A stretch of DNA of 43,396 nucleotides from Candidatus Enterousia avistercoris. Its GTDB lineage: Bacteria > Pseudomonadota > Alphaproteobacteria > Rs-D84. Below are positions 17,571 through 27,339 of this stretch, one piece after another; position 1 is the first letter of the stretch, and every line of letters begins with the position of its first letter. Location: contig JADINC010000049.1 of assembly GCA_017694255.1 (NCBI GenBank), positions 1 through 43,396 of the forward strand, written 5' to 3'. Made by a program: the position numbers and the translations under genes. Under the pieces are notes generated by a model that searched no databases, was not told the origin of the DNA, and saw nothing but the letters and a program-made list of their open reading frames with translations.

Positions 17571-17908
17571 TTTTTATTTCCTCCTTTGCAATCAAACAGA
17601 CACGACCGGAATCATCCGGACAGTCAATTGTTTTCAATGTTCTTTTTTGATTGGTTCGTCGCAATAAAGCAATTTACGACGTACATTCAGACATAACGGC
17701 GAACCATTACGCCCCGACTTACCATTATTTCGGCAGCCCGCCCCATAACAGGGAACCAAAGTTTGTATATACATATATATAAAAAATTAAAAATTTCAAG
17801 TGAAAAATGCAAAAATATTAATTTTTTTAATGATTTTTTTATTTGTGTTTATGAAATGTATTTTTTCAGTTGTTATTTTTTTTCAAATGTTCTAAATTTT
17901 CCGTTGTC

Positions 17909-20140
17909 ATGAGCAAGGAAATTATCGAAAAAATTGATTCACAGCAACTGTCGGATGCGCTGTCCGAACGGTATCTGTCATACGCGGTCAGCACCATTGT
18001 ATCCCGCGCATTGCCAGATGTTCGCGACGGGCTAAAACCTGTGCATCGTCGTATTTTATATTCTATGTTGCGCCAGAAATTGTCGCCCAATGCGGCATTT
18101 CGAAAATGTGCGACTGTTGTTGGCGATGTGTTGGGGCATTATCATCCGCATGGGGATTCTTCGGTTTATGACGCGATGGTCCGTCTGGCCCAGGATTTTT
18201 CCGTTCGATATCCATTAATCGATGGCCAGGGTAATTTTGGAAACATCGATGGCGACCCCCAGGCGGCATATCGATACACAGAATCCAAGATGACTGATGC
18301 CGCCATGCTGATTATGGATGGTATCGACGAAGACAGTGTCGATATGATGCCGAACTTTGACGGCACAACGGTTGAACCGACGGTTATGCCGGGGGCATTT
18401 CCGAATTTGCTGGCCAATGGCGGCATGGGTATTGCGGTCGGTATGGCGACAAATATCCCAACCCACAATGTGGCCGAAGTTTGTGATGCACTGGCCCTGG
18501 TGGTGGATAATCCAGATGCAACCACTGCCCAGATTATGAAAAAAATGGTTGGACCAGATTTCCCAACTGGTGGCGTTCTGATTGATTCTTTTGACACGAT
18601 TGTAAAGAATTATGAAACTGGCCGTGGTGCGTTCAGAATTCGCGCAAAATGGGAAGTTGAAAAACTGGACCGCGGGGCCGAACAGGTTGTTATCACCGAA
18701 ATTCCATATGGGATTATAAAATCTAAACTGGTGGAACAAATTGCAAATTTAATAGATGCGAAAAAACTGCCATTGGTGGATGATATATCTGATGAATCAA
18801 CGACTGATGTTCGCATTGTTATCACCCCAAAAAGTCGCAATGTCCCGGCGGACAAAATGATGGCGCATTTGTTTGCGATGACGGATTTGGAATATAAATT
18901 CAATATGAATTTTAACGTCATTGATTCGCGTGGTGTACCGCGTGTTATGGGCATTGGCGATGTATTGCGTGAATTTATTGCGCACCAGAAAAATGTGTTG
19001 GTGCGTCGTACGAATTGGCGCCTGGGCAATATTGCGCGTCGTTTGGAAATTTTGGGCGGTCTGTTAATTGTGTATTTGAATTTGGACCGTGTTATTGAAA
19101 TTATCCGAAACGAAGATGACCCGAAATCTGTACTGGTCGCAGAATTTAATTTGACCGATGTCCAGGTAGAGGCAATTTTAAACACCCGCCTGCGTTCGTT
19201 GCGCAAACTGGAAGAAATGGAAATCCGTCGTGAAGATGCGGCATTACTGGCAGAACAGCAAGAATTAAATGAATTATTAGCCAGCCCCGTTCGCCAAAAC
19301 GAACAATTAAAGGCATGGTTTGCCGATATTAAAAAGCGTTATGATAAAAAGACCACATTGGGGCGTCGTCGTACCCAATGGGCGCCACAAACAACGGAAA
19401 TCGTTGTGAATACGGACGAATTTATCGAAAAAGAACCATTAACGATTATATTGTCAACAATGGGATGGATTCGCGCGGCCAAAGGAACGCTGGATTTAAA
19501 CAATCTGGATTTAAAATTCAAAGAAGGGGACGGTCTGCAATTCGCGTTCCACGCCATGTCGACTGATAAAATCAATCTGTTTGCCAGTGGCGGGAAAATG
19601 TTCACCGTTGCCGCCAATGATTTGCCGTCGGCACGTGGTTTTGGTGAATCAGTGCGCATGATGGTTGATATTGGTGCGGATGAAAATATAGTATCGGCAT
19701 TTGTGTTGGATACATCTGCAAAATATTTATTGGTGGGCCGCCATGGTACGGGCTTTATCGTGCTGGGTGAAAATTGCCTGGCCCAGACGCGTACTGGGAA
19801 ACAGGTCATGAATACAGACGCACGTAATCCGGCGATAATGTGCGTGCTGGTCACGGGCGATACGATTGCGATGTCGGGTTCGAATGATAAACTGCTGATA
19901 TTCCCGACGTCTGAAATCCCAGAAATGACCCGGGGCAAGGGCGTAATACTGCAAAAATACAATGCGGAACGCACGTATGTTTTGGACGTTATGTTCTTTA
20001 ACGCATCGGATGGCTTTGGTTGGACCACGGGGCGGGGCACAACAAAGCTGGACGATTGGACCCCATGGATGGGCCGGCGCGCGTCCCAGGGACGTACCGT
20101 CCCGGTCGGATTCCCGCGCAGTGGTAAATTTGGAAAATAA
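17909..20140 (+). CDS. parC: DNA topoisomerase IV subunit A
   Basis: ATG at 17909 ([10 protein letters not shown]). [34 protein letters not shown], and active-site AAYRYTE (catalytic Tyr context). About 743 aa with no GyrA-box, favouring ParC over GyrA. Confidence 0.8.
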   Translation: MSKEIIEKIDSQQLSDALSERYLSYAVSTIVSRALPDVRDGLKPVHRRILYSMLRQKLSPNAAFRKCATVVGDVLGHYHPHGDSSVYDAMVRLAQDFSVRYPLIDGQGNFGNIDGDPQAAYRYTESKMTDAAMLIMDGIDEDSVDMMPNFDGTTVEPTVMPGAFPNLLANGGMGIAVGMATNIPTHNVAEVCDALALVVDNPDATTAQIMKKMVGPDFPTGGVLIDSFDTIVKNYETGRGAFRIRAKWEVEKLDRGAEQVVITEIPYGIIKSKLVEQIANLIDAKKLPLVDDISDESTTDVRIVITPKSRNVPADKMMAHLFAMTDLEYKFNMNFNVIDSRGVPRVMGIGDVLREFIAHQKNVLVRRTNWRLGNIARRLEILGGLLIVYLNLDRVIEIIRNEDDPKSVLVAEFNLTDVQVEAILNTRLRSLRKLEEMEIRREDAALLAEQQELNELLASPVRQNEQLKAWFADIKKRYDKKTTLGRRRTQWAPQTTEIVVNTDEFIEKEPLTIILSTMGWIRAAKGTLDLNNLDLKFKEGDGLQFAFHAMSTDKINLFASGGKMFTVAANDLPSARGFGESVRMMVDIGADENIVSAFVLDTSAKYLLVGRHGTGFIVLGENCLAQTRTGKQVMNTDARNPAIMCVLVTGDTIAMSGSNDKLLIFPTSEIPEMTRGKGVILQKYNAERTYVLDVMFFNASDGFGWTTGRGTTKLDDWTPWMGRRASQGRTVPVGFPRSGKFGK

Positions 20141-20163
20141 AAATCCCCGTTTGGGGATTTTTT
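20138..20163. terminator. bidirectional rho-independent terminator
   Basis: aaatcccc-gttt-ggggattt flanked by A- and T-runs, between convergent parC and the Slam-like gene. Confidence 0.65.
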
Positions 20164-21532
20164 AAAATCGCTGTTGCAGGGTAAATTCAATTGCCCATTT
20201 GTCGTATTCGCGTTGCCACATGTTTGAATCGCGCCGGGTATAGCTGAATATCAATGTGGGTGCAAATCCCATAATACTCAATTTATTATTTGATACCGAC
20301 AGTGAATATCGCTGGGTAAAGTCGCGTTCAACGATTTGCGTGAAATTACCGTCTTGGACCGACCACTGTTCCGCGTCATAGTTTTGCCAATAAAACATAG
20401 GCTGGACAAATATTCCAAATCCATACGGCAATTCGGCGCCAACGCCAACACTGACATTCGGTTGCCAGTATGAATATGTGTCCGACCGCGCGTCTTCGCG
20501 CGTTATTCCGCCACGCAGAATGGTGTATATATTTGGCGTAATGGAATAAAACAAACTGGCCCCCATGGAATAAGTATTTCCATCCAGATATTTACCATAA
20601 TTATCATACTTGTTATTGGTATATTGCAGACTTATCCCGCCCATCAGTTTGCGTGTAAAGTCATAATTTGCGTTTAATCGTGTCCCCACGGACCAGTTAT
20701 AACCGTCCCACCCGTACCAGCGTCGTGCCCCAGTTGCCGCCAACCACACATCCCCGCGCGACCAGATAAATCGTGGCCCGGTGCTGGTGTACAAGAACAC
20801 ATCGTCATAAGTCTGCAGGTTATAGATATTAGAATACACCCCGGCATCAGATTTCCACCGCCACTGGTCAGACAGTTTAAATTCATAATCGCCCCCCAGT
20901 GAAAAATTAAAACCAACGGCAGATTCTGGTTCGATTAAATTGCGACACATGGGCCCGAATATTGTCATAACACATTCTTCGCCCCCGGTCGCGTTATTAA
21001 CATTATTGTCGGGCGCAGCGCCAAAGTTAAAATAGACGTTCCAGTTTTTATTTTGGCGAATCACATATCGGTAATAGTTCATCATCTGGCGCACATTATC
21101 GGTCAAATCATCCCCCGCCATGGCCAGCCGTAATTGATAATCAGCACGATACCATTGTTCTGTCTTCATATAGCATATGGCCAGTTCGAAGCGCACCCGG
21201 GCCAGATCTGGGTGCGCATCCAGTATTGTGCGATATATTTCGATTGCCTCATTAAAGTTGCCACGAAAACCGGCAATTCGCCCCAGCAAAAACCACCGTT
21301 CTATTTCCAGCGGTCCCGCCATTTTCGGAATCGCGGTCAATATTTCTTCGGCCGTGTCCAGGTTGCCATTGTCAACCATTGCGCCCGCCATTTTAACCGC
21401 GTCCATAACAGACATAGTTATTTCAGTTGTTCCATCTGGATTTTTTTTTATTGTATCCCCAGACAAATTTTCTGCCCGCACAGCGCCGGGCAGAATGAAT
21501 AATACCGCAAAAATTACAGCAAACTTTTTCAA
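20162..21532 (-). CDS. Slam-like surface lipoprotein assembly modulator (TPR + DUF560 outer-membrane barrel)
   Basis: Signal peptide MKKFAVIFAVLFILPGAVRA. TPR-like region (FNEAIEIYRTILDAHPDLARVRFELAICYMKTEQWYRADYQLRLA). Then ...VRQMMNYYRYVIRQNKNWNVYFNFGAAPDNNVNNAT followed by a Y/W/G-rich barrel ending ...EFTLQQRF. Its start overlaps the stop of an upstream lipoprotein gene. Confidence 0.7.
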   Translation of the reverse strand: MKKFAVIFAVLFILPGAVRAENLSGDTIKKNPDGTTEITMSVMDAVKMAGAMVDNGNLDTAEEILTAIPKMAGPLEIERWFLLGRIAGFRGNFNEAIEIYRTILDAHPDLARVRFELAICYMKTEQWYRADYQLRLAMAGDDLTDNVRQMMNYYRYVIRQNKNWNVYFNFGAAPDNNVNNATGGEECVMTIFGPMCRNLIEPESAVGFNFSLGGDYEFKLSDQWRWKSDAGVYSNIYNLQTYDDVFLYTSTGPRFIWSRGDVWLAATGARRWYGWDGYNWSVGTRLNANYDFTRKLMGGISLQYTNNKYDNYGKYLDGNTYSMGASLFYSITPNIYTILRGGITREDARSDTYSYWQPNVSVGVGAELPYGFGIFVQPMFYWQNYDAEQWSVQDGNFTQIVERDFTQRYSLSVSNNKLSIMGFAPTLIFSYTRRDSNMWQREYDKWAIEFTLQQRF

Positions 21533-22704
21533 TTATTAAGCTTTTTTACACCAAACGATAAATCCAATTTGACCCCGTTTTCAATACCTTCTTCAAAGTG
21601 CGCAATACCGGCGGCCTCTATTGGTGTATTGCCATTACCATAATATCCAACATTCATCGTCCCGGTTCCGTTTGGGACCCCTGCATCGTTTATATTCGAC
21701 AACTTGGGACCTTCGATATCTCTGTCCCCACTTTCAAAAAACGTAAATGTTGCGTTTGTATCATCCGTGGCACTCTGTTGGATGTTTACAGTATACCAGT
21801 TGTTAAACTGGGCGTTTAACCCAGACCGGGCTGTATTTTTATAAAAATGCAGTGTCGCCCCACCGTCCAGATTTACCGTATCTGTGCCGTTTGTTGCCAC
21901 GCCAACCGCGCGTCCCCTAAAACTCATATCAGTTTCGATATTTGCAACGGCGATTTTTTTATCATTATAACCGCCCGCAAATGGTGCGTACCTCGATGGG
22001 GTGATACCATTGTTATATTCAATTTTGTACATACCGAAATCAGCATAGGTCAGTGGTTGATCAGAATTCGGTTTATACGAATCATATGTCAGTGTTGCTA
22101 CATCATTGGTAAACGTGTTTCCTGTGCCACGATCAAATTTCATTGAACTGTCCGCGCCCGTGGATACCGTTATGCCCGTGATTTTCCCAGTGTTTTCATC
22201 CACAGAAAATTTCAGTGTGGCATCTGGGGCGGCAAATTCCACCATGTCCGGGGTCAGCACCTGTAATTGTGATTGTAAATCTTTAATATTTTCATTAAAC
22301 AGACTTTCATTATTGCCCTTCGCGCGCCACCAAGATATACATCCCGATGTGGGGTTATCTTTACATGCGCTGTATAATTCTGGTGATACGATGTACATTG
22401 CCTGGCGCACAATATCTGGATCTGCATCATCGCCCAGATTCCCCAGGTCAAACACCATTTCTGCCACGGCCAAATAGTTATCAGATGTTGTCGCACCCGG
22501 ATATTCCGCCAGACCGGCGGCAACCCGCCCATTAACTGTTTTTTCCGTTATTGTTGTCATTTGCGTTATTGATGAATTAGGATTCGTTTGTGGATTCCCA
22601 CCTGGGCGCAGTCCGTCGGGCCGGCCATATGCACCCGATGGTGTTCCGCCATCTGTACACGCCGCCAGTAATCCCAAGACCGCAAATAATGACAACTTTT
22701 TCAT
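21529..22704 (-). CDS. surface-lipoprotein candidate with TbpB/HpuA/fHbp-like C-terminal beta-barrel (SLP-1)
   Basis: ATG at 22704 preceded by aaggagat. Lipobox MKKLSLFAVLGLLAAC. C-terminal block PFAGGYNDKKIAV..MSFRGRAVGVAT...GGATLHF...LNAQFNNWY...GTGTMNVGYYG...EAAGIAHF....LSFGVKK resembles the 8-stranded lipoprotein barrel of Slam substrates. Confidence 0.65.
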   Translation of the reverse strand: MKKLSLFAVLGLLAACTDGGTPSGAYGRPDGLRPGGNPQTNPNSSITQMTTITEKTVNGRVAAGLAEYPGATTSDNYLAVAEMVFDLGNLGDDADPDIVRQAMYIVSPELYSACKDNPTSGCISWWRAKGNNESLFNENIKDLQSQLQVLTPDMVEFAAPDATLKFSVDENTGKITGITVSTGADSSMKFDRGTGNTFTNDVATLTYDSYKPNSDQPLTYADFGMYKIEYNNGITPSRYAPFAGGYNDKKIAVANIETDMSFRGRAVGVATNGTDTVNLDGGATLHFYKNTARSGLNAQFNNWYTVNIQQSATDDTNATFTFFESGDRDIEGPKLSNINDAGVPNGTGTMNVGYYGNGNTPIEAAGIAHFEEGIENGVKLDLSFGVKKLNN

Positions 22705-22780
22705 TAAAATCTCCTTTGCCCCAGAATTGTATAACATAATTATATTGGTATTATTAAAAGCATTCAAGTGCAAAAACGGC

Positions 22781-22809
22781 TTGAACAAAATTTCACATGT
22801 TTGTAATAT
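22781..22809 (+). promoter_or_regulatory. putative sigma70-like promoter for SLP-2
   Basis: TTGAAC, 17-nt spacer, TAATAT, about 22 nt upstream of the 22832 ATG. Confidence 0.35.
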
Positions 22810-22831
22810 GACAGTACCAGGGGGATTTGCT

Positions 22832-24049
22832 ATGGCACGAGTATTGTTTTCATTATCATTATTGTGTTCGGCTGTATTGTTATCAGGTTGTCTGGAAACA
22901 GGCAGTGGCACGCCACAACATAATCCGTTCAAAGATCGCCCGAACTATGGCGCGGATATAAATATTACAAAGCCATATGCTGATACTGTTGCCAAAGAAA
23001 ACGCCGAAATAACGAATATGTATTCGCGTAATGCTGCTATGATTAATGATTGGGTTAGTTATAAATTATCGGGTTCAAAATTTGATGTAAATGAATCCGA
23101 ATATCCCGGTATAATAAAAATTGCACAATCATTAATAACGGCATCGGCATCAGATATTAATTCTGTTGATAGTGATTTGTTGTCGCCCGCCATGGCATTA
23201 CTGGACAGTTCGATGCGTCGCGCATGTGCGTCTGCTGAAAATATTGGCGACTGTATTGTCAACTGGCGTGAAAATAACGCGATTCAGTTTGCAACATCTG
23301 CAAATACATTAATGAATTATACAACAGAATTAACCGTGGATAACGCAACATTGACCGCCACGAACGGATATCAAATGAAATTTACAATTGACCCTGATAC
23401 GGGCGAGATTGATGGTATGACATTAACTCGTGATTCTGGGGATGTGGATCTGGCAAAGCTGGGGGACAGCAGCACATTTTATGGTTCTGATATTGAAAAC
23501 GGGCGGGTTTTAGAACTGGATTATGTTTCAGATGCAAAACAAATGGGGTTGTCATATTCTGATTTTGGTTTGATTAATATACAATCATCAATGGATAGCG
23601 ACCACCAGGTGGATGCATGGTTAGTGCCATTTGCCGGCGGATATGATGACAAGAAAATCGCTGTTGCGGATATTGATTCTGATATGACATTTAGGGGACG
23701 TGCGGTTGGTACGGCGACCAAGGGGGAAGACAGCATAAATCTGGGCGGGACAGCAACATTAAACTTTAAAACAGGTGACACGCCAACATCTGAATTAGCA
23801 GCGAATTTTGACAATTGGTACAATGTAACAATAACCCAAAACGGGGACGCACCAAATGCAAACTTTGTATTTTCTGGTAATCCAACAGAAACAGATGTTA
23901 TATTAACAAACACAACCGGCACAGGAACAATGAATGTTGGATACTATGGACCGGCTGGTTCCCCGACCGAGGCGACTGGTCTGGTTCATTACCAGGAAAC
24001 AGACGTCGAAAACCCCGTTTCATTGGACATGGCGTTTGGTGTAAAGTAA
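22832..24049 (+). CDS. surface-lipoprotein candidate, paralog of SLP-1 (SLP-2)
   Basis: ATG at 22832 preceded by aggggga. Lipobox MARVLFSLSLLCSAVLLSGC. Collinear with SLP-1 over its full length (C-x7-8-C-I-x-W loop; KF[ST][IV]D..TG[KE]I.G[IM]T[VL]; PFAGGYDDKKIAV..MTFRGRAVGTAT...GTGTMNVGYYG...MAFGVK). Confidence 0.65.
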   Translation: MARVLFSLSLLCSAVLLSGCLETGSGTPQHNPFKDRPNYGADINITKPYADTVAKENAEITNMYSRNAAMINDWVSYKLSGSKFDVNESEYPGIIKIAQSLITASASDINSVDSDLLSPAMALLDSSMRRACASAENIGDCIVNWRENNAIQFATSANTLMNYTTELTVDNATLTATNGYQMKFTIDPDTGEIDGMTLTRDSGDVDLAKLGDSSTFYGSDIENGRVLELDYVSDAKQMGLSYSDFGLINIQSSMDSDHQVDAWLVPFAGGYDDKKIAVADIDSDMTFRGRAVGTATKGEDSINLGGTATLNFKTGDTPTSELAANFDNWYNVTITQNGDAPNANFVFSGNPTETDVILTNTTGTGTMNVGYYGPAGSPTEATGLVHYQETDVENPVSLDMAFGVK

Positions 24050-24053
24050 CCCC

Positions 24054-24425
24054 CGCGTTCTTCTCTTCTATGTCATCCCGTGGCGGGGCCCGGCGTTCTC
24101 CTTGCTTGTCATCCCGCGACACAGGTGTTTTATATCGTCATCCCGGCGCAGGCCGGGATCCATTGCACCGCAGGTTTTACATCCGGTATTTGTATCTGTC
24201 ACCCCGTGGCGCGGCCACAGTGCCCGGCGTTCTCCTTACTTGTCATCCCGCGGCCCGGGCCCCGCGAAAACGTCAGTTTTCGCGGGTGGATGCAGACCGC
24301 GGGATCCAGGTGAATAGAGTCCTGTGCGTCAGCACAGACAATATTAATTTGTGTCGCTGCGCGACGGCTCTTTATGACCTGGGCCCCGGTGTCAAGCACC
24401 GGGGTGACAAGGGGGACACTTTTCT
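24054..24425. repeat. cluster of GC-rich REP-like palindromic repeats (GTCAYCCCG family)
   Basis: GTCAYCCCG at 24071, 24106, 24137, 24199 and 24241. The longer unit CGGCGTTCTCCTT[GA]CTTGTCATCCCGCG is at 24090 and 24225 (degenerate copy at 24054). An inverted copy ggggtgacaaggggga is at about 24400. Hairpins: tcccggc-gca-gccggga (24140-24158), cgcgaaaac-gtca-gttttcgcg (24262-24283), ccccggtg-tcaag-caccgggg (24384-24404). Confidence 0.7.
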
Positions 24426-24488
24426 TTTTTGAATACAAAAAAACAGGCACCACACGATGCCCGTTCAAATAACAATAACGTCCTGAAA

Positions 24489-24668
24489 TTAATGAGGCAT
24501 TTTACCTTCGGTCATGACGACATGCTTGCGCAGTTTCGGATCATATTTGCGAAACTTCATTTTGCCTGCGGTATTTTCAGACTTAGTATTTTTTGTTGTC
24601 GTATAAAAATAACCAGTTTCCTTGTTTTCCAGTTTTACGACTTCTTTGCTACCTTTCTTGGATGCCAT
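24489..24668 (-). CDS. rpmG: 50S ribosomal protein L33
   Basis: 59-aa ORF below the ORF-track cutoff, read by hand: MASKKGSKEVVKLENKETGYFYTTTKNTKSENTAGKMKFRKYDPKLRKHVVMTEGKMPH. Matches the L33 pattern (..TG.FY.T.KN......K...RKYDP..RKHV...E.K). Confidence 0.85.
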   Translation of the reverse strand: MASKKGSKEVVKLENKETGYFYTTTKNTKSENTAGKMKFRKYDPKLRKHVVMTEGKMPH

Positions 24669-24760
24669 TTTAAAAACCCTTTATTATTTATTCTGCCATG
24701 AATTTTATTGTAAAAATTACTGGAAATCAAGTCTTTTTTATCATAATATAATATTCCATT

Positions 24761-24845
24761 GCGGGTATGGCGAAACTGGTAGACGCGCTGGATTTAGGTT
24801 CCAGTGGGGCAACCCATCAGAGTTCAAATCTCTGTACCCGCACCA
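24761..24845 (+). tRNA. tRNA-Leu (anticodon UAG)
   Basis: 85 nt. Acceptor gcgggta/tacccgc plus A-CCA. Anticodon arm ctgga-ttTAGgt-tccag. Long variable arm. T-arm agagttcaaatctct. Confidence 0.9.
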
Positions 24846-25118
24846 AAATTTTTACATATTCTTTAATACACGGGATAATCACGTGGAAAATCTGGATTCG
24901 GGTTGGCCAAATTTGATTTCACCCCACATGCCGCGATGGCCATTGTTGCAAACAGTAAAAAAACAAAAAATATCCGTTTCATGCCTGGTATTATAGTCCC
25001 CGCGCAGGGCGGTTGTCAAATATCTGTCGTAAATTATGAAATCAGTCTTGTTTATTTATGTGCTTATAACGTACTAGAATTACGATGCAGCATAAATTTA
25101 ATCAAGGGAGAGAGAATT

Positions 25119-26891
25119 ATGTATTACAGCAACGGTAATTACGAAGCGTTTGCCAACCCCATGCCACCCGCAAACGCGACAAAAAAGTCGGCATATATTG
25201 TTGGTGGCGGTCTGGCCGGGTTGGCGGCGGCCGTGTTTATGATTCGCGATGGAAAAATGCGCGGCAATAAAATCCATATATTCGAAGAGTTATCTATTGC
25301 CGGGGGCAGTATGGACGGCATAAAAAATCCCCAGCGCGGTTTTATAATTCGTGGTGGTCGCGAGATGGAGGCGCACTTTGAAACACTGTGGGACTTATTT
25401 CGGTCAATACCTTCGCTGGAAAATCCAGATATAACCGTGCTGGATGAATTTTATTGGCTGAATAAATCAGACCCCAGTTTTTCGCACTGTCGTGCAATTG
25501 AACGCCGTGGTCGCCGTATGAAAGACGACGGAAAATTAACACTGACGCCGACCGCTATTCGCGAAATGATAGATTTGGTTTTAATGCCAGAAGAAAAATT
25601 ACAAGACGTTCAAATCGACCAAGTATTTGGCGAAGAATTTTTTGAATCTAATTTCTGGCTGTATTGGGCAACAATGTTTGCATTTGAACGCTGGTCCAGT
25701 GCGATGGAAATGCGGCGGTATTTGTTGCGTTTTATCCATCATGTTGGGCGTTTGGCAGATATGTCGGCACTAAAATTCACAAAATATAACCAGTATGAAT
25801 CGTTAATAACACCACTGGTTCGCTGGCTGGAAAATAATGGGGTAAAGTTCCACTTTGACACAACAATAACAAATATTATTGTTAAATGCAGCCCAGATAA
25901 AAAGGTCGCCCAGAAAATAGAAATGGTAAAATCAGGACGCAAGAAAGAAATTAAACTGACAACCGATGATTTGGTGTTTGTAACAAATGGCTCTATAACC
26001 GAAAGTACCACATACGGCGACAACGATACCCCGGCCGACCCGCGGCATGAACTGGGCGCATCGTGGCAGTTGTGGAAAAATCTGGCGGCACAGTGCGCCG
26101 AATTTGGCCGCCCAGAAAAATTTTGTGAAAACATTCCCGATGCCAATTGGGTTATATCAGCGACAATTACATTAACTGATGATACGGTTGTGCCGTATAT
26201 TGAAAAAATCTGTAAAAAAGACCCGCACAGCGGTTCAATCGTCAGCAGTGGTCCCGTTACAATCAAAGATTCTAATTGGCTGTACGGGTTCAGTATTTCG
26301 CGCCAGCCACATTTTCGCAGTCAAAAACCAAATGAAATAGTTGTTTGGACATATGGGCTGTTGTCAAATACGTCGGGCAATTATGTGAAAAAGAAAATCA
26401 CAGAATGCACAGGTGCCGAACTGTGTGCAGAATGGCTGTACCATATCGGTGTTCCAGAATCGCAAATTGACGATATTGTACACAATCGGTCAAATACAGT
26501 CCCGTCCCACATGCCGTATATAACGACGTACTTTATGCCACGTGCATTGGGTGACAGACCACTGGTTGTGCCGCGTGGTTCGGTGAATCTGGCGTTTATT
26601 GGCAATTATGCAGAAACCGAACGTGATACGGTATTTACAACTGAATATTCTGTACGCACCGCAATGCAGGCAGTATACACACTGTTGAATATCGACCGCG
26701 GTGTACCCGAAGTCTTTGATTCTTGCTTTGACATACGTATGTTATTGCAAAGTATATATTACCTGAACGACGGGAAAAAGTTGCGTGATATTGACGTTCC
26801 ATGGGTTATGAAATTATTGGAACACCAGGGCATGAAACACGTCCGTGGAACATACCTGGAACAGTTATTGCATGATGCGAAATTGATATAA
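25119..26891 (+). CDS. ohyA: oleate hydratase (FAD-dependent, MCRA family)
   Basis: ATG at 25119 preceded by aagggagagag. [11 protein letters not shown]...[22 protein letters not shown] (Rossmann GxGxxG), then GGREME.HFE..WDLF..IPSLE, typical of the MCRA/oleate hydratase family. About 590 aa. Confidence 0.85.
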   Translation: MYYSNGNYEAFANPMPPANATKKSAYIVGGGLAGLAAAVFMIRDGKMRGNKIHIFEELSIAGGSMDGIKNPQRGFIIRGGREMEAHFETLWDLFRSIPSLENPDITVLDEFYWLNKSDPSFSHCRAIERRGRRMKDDGKLTLTPTAIREMIDLVLMPEEKLQDVQIDQVFGEEFFESNFWLYWATMFAFERWSSAMEMRRYLLRFIHHVGRLADMSALKFTKYNQYESLITPLVRWLENNGVKFHFDTTITNIIVKCSPDKKVAQKIEMVKSGRKKEIKLTTDDLVFVTNGSITESTTYGDNDTPADPRHELGASWQLWKNLAAQCAEFGRPEKFCENIPDANWVISATITLTDDTVVPYIEKICKKDPHSGSIVSSGPVTIKDSNWLYGFSISRQPHFRSQKPNEIVVWTYGLLSNTSGNYVKKKITECTGAELCAEWLYHIGVPESQIDDIVHNRSNTVPSHMPYITTYFMPRALGDRPLVVPRGSVNLAFIGNYAETERDTVFTTEYSVRTAMQAVYTLLNIDRGVPEVFDSCFDIRMLLQSIYYLNDGKKLRDIDVPWVMKLLEHQGMKHVRGTYLEQLLHDAKLI

Positions 26892-26895
26892 AGAA

Positions 26896-26930
26896 ACCGC
26901 CCAAACGGGCGGTAAATTTTTATTTTTGAC
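26896..26930. terminator. rho-independent terminator (bidirectional)
   Basis: accgccc-aaac-gggcggt followed by aaatttttattttt. Confidence 0.6.
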
Positions 26931-27150
26931 GCATTATACGTCCAAATTCTTCGGGGGACATATGGGCGACAGATGCGATTTTTGATAAAGTATTGCCAGA
27001 TGGCCAGTGTGGCTTTCCATACTTTGATATACGTTTGCTTTTGTTAAACGCGGTTGGATCCATTCCGCATCGTTTGGCCAGTCCTGAACAACTCAGCCCC
27101 ATTTTTGCGGCGATTTTATCGACCGCATCCCATATACCAGTGTGTGTCAT
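26920..27150 (-). CDS. short HTH DNA-binding protein (N-terminal module of S24/LexA-like repressors, no peptidase domain)
   Basis: MTHTGIWDAVDKIAAKMGLSCSGLAKRCGMDPTAFNKSKR....G.PHWPS..TLSKI. Paralog of the 40526..40771 product. Confidence 0.65.
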   Translation of the reverse strand: MTHTGIWDAVDKIAAKMGLSCSGLAKRCGMDPTAFNKSKRISKYGKPHWPSGNTLSKIASVAHMSPEEFGRIMRQK

Positions 27151-27339
27151 GATTTCTCTCTTTGGTTAAAATCCAGATTGATTTCTAGATATAAGTGAAT
27201 AATATCCCAAAATCTTATTTTTGTACAGGGGTAAAGATTCCTAATATTTCCACATGCTATTTAATGGACCACGTTGTTGTTTTTAACCAATTGGGCTGTA
27301 ATTAAATTTTTTCAATCGTGATTGATACATATTGTACAG

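Noticed and set aside
17909-20140. Calling this type IIA topoisomerase subunit GyrA rather than ParC.
   Set aside because: The length is about 743 aa, versus roughly 850-920 for alphaproteobacterial GyrA. There is no recognisable GyrA-box (QRRGGKG) at the start of the C-terminal domain. ParC is therefore favoured, although a phylogeny would be needed for certainty.
18166-20190. Long antisense ORFs opposite parC (283, 198, 174 and 143 aa). Similar shadows lie opposite nrdD (5222..5743), the acidic protein (15509..16045), ohyA (25739..26266) and priA (36007..36447).
   Set aside because: They lie entirely inside well-supported genes on the other strand, have odd composition (S/R/I/F-rich, no motifs), and lack an RBS. 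These are typical shadow ORFs.
21441-21449. An A9 homopolymer (T9 on plus) at codons 28-31 of the Slam-like gene, as a slipped-strand phase-variation switch analogous to poly-G in Neisseria hpuA.
   Set aside because: This genome is AT-rich, and comparable runs occur in housekeeping contexts (for example A8 inside priA at about 35785, and T8 runs in spacers). A9 alone is not evidence of phase variation. It would need length polymorphism in reads or between strains.
22715-22760. A Fur-box-like AT-rich sequence (gtataacataattatattg) in the SLP-1 / SLP-2 divergent promoter region, which would imply iron regulation as for TbpB/HpuA.
   Set aside because: Only about 10/19 matches to the gammaproteobacterial Fur consensus in a very AT-rich spacer. 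Alphaproteobacteria often use Irr/RirA instead, so the evidence is not distinguishable from background.
24054-24425. A possible CRISPR array, given the recurring GTCAYCCCG motif.
   Set aside because: Repeat lengths and spacings are irregular (31-62 nt between the short motifs). The 'spacers' are themselves palindromic and related to each other. One copy is inverted, and there are no cas genes in the window.
24070-24468. Four overlapping ORFs (120, 77, 71 and 89 aa) across the GC-rich island, which could be read as small proteins.
   Set aside because: All three forward frames and one reverse frame are open at once. The translations are R/P/G/A-rich and repeat with the DNA repeats (VIPAQAGIH, SSRG...). 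The sequence is built of nested palindromes. This is the classic signature of REP-like non-coding repeats, not genes.
24903-25118. N-terminal extensions offered by the ORF track. Examples are the ohyA ORF from 24903, SLP-1 from 22932, SLP-2 from 22727, gap from 31853, tag from 2869, parC from 17870 and priA from 34136.
   Set aside because: In each case an internal ATG with a good Shine-Dalgarno coincides with the conserved family N-terminus or a canonical signal/lipobox peptide. The upstream extension is hydrophobic or low-complexity and overlaps promoter or terminator sequence.
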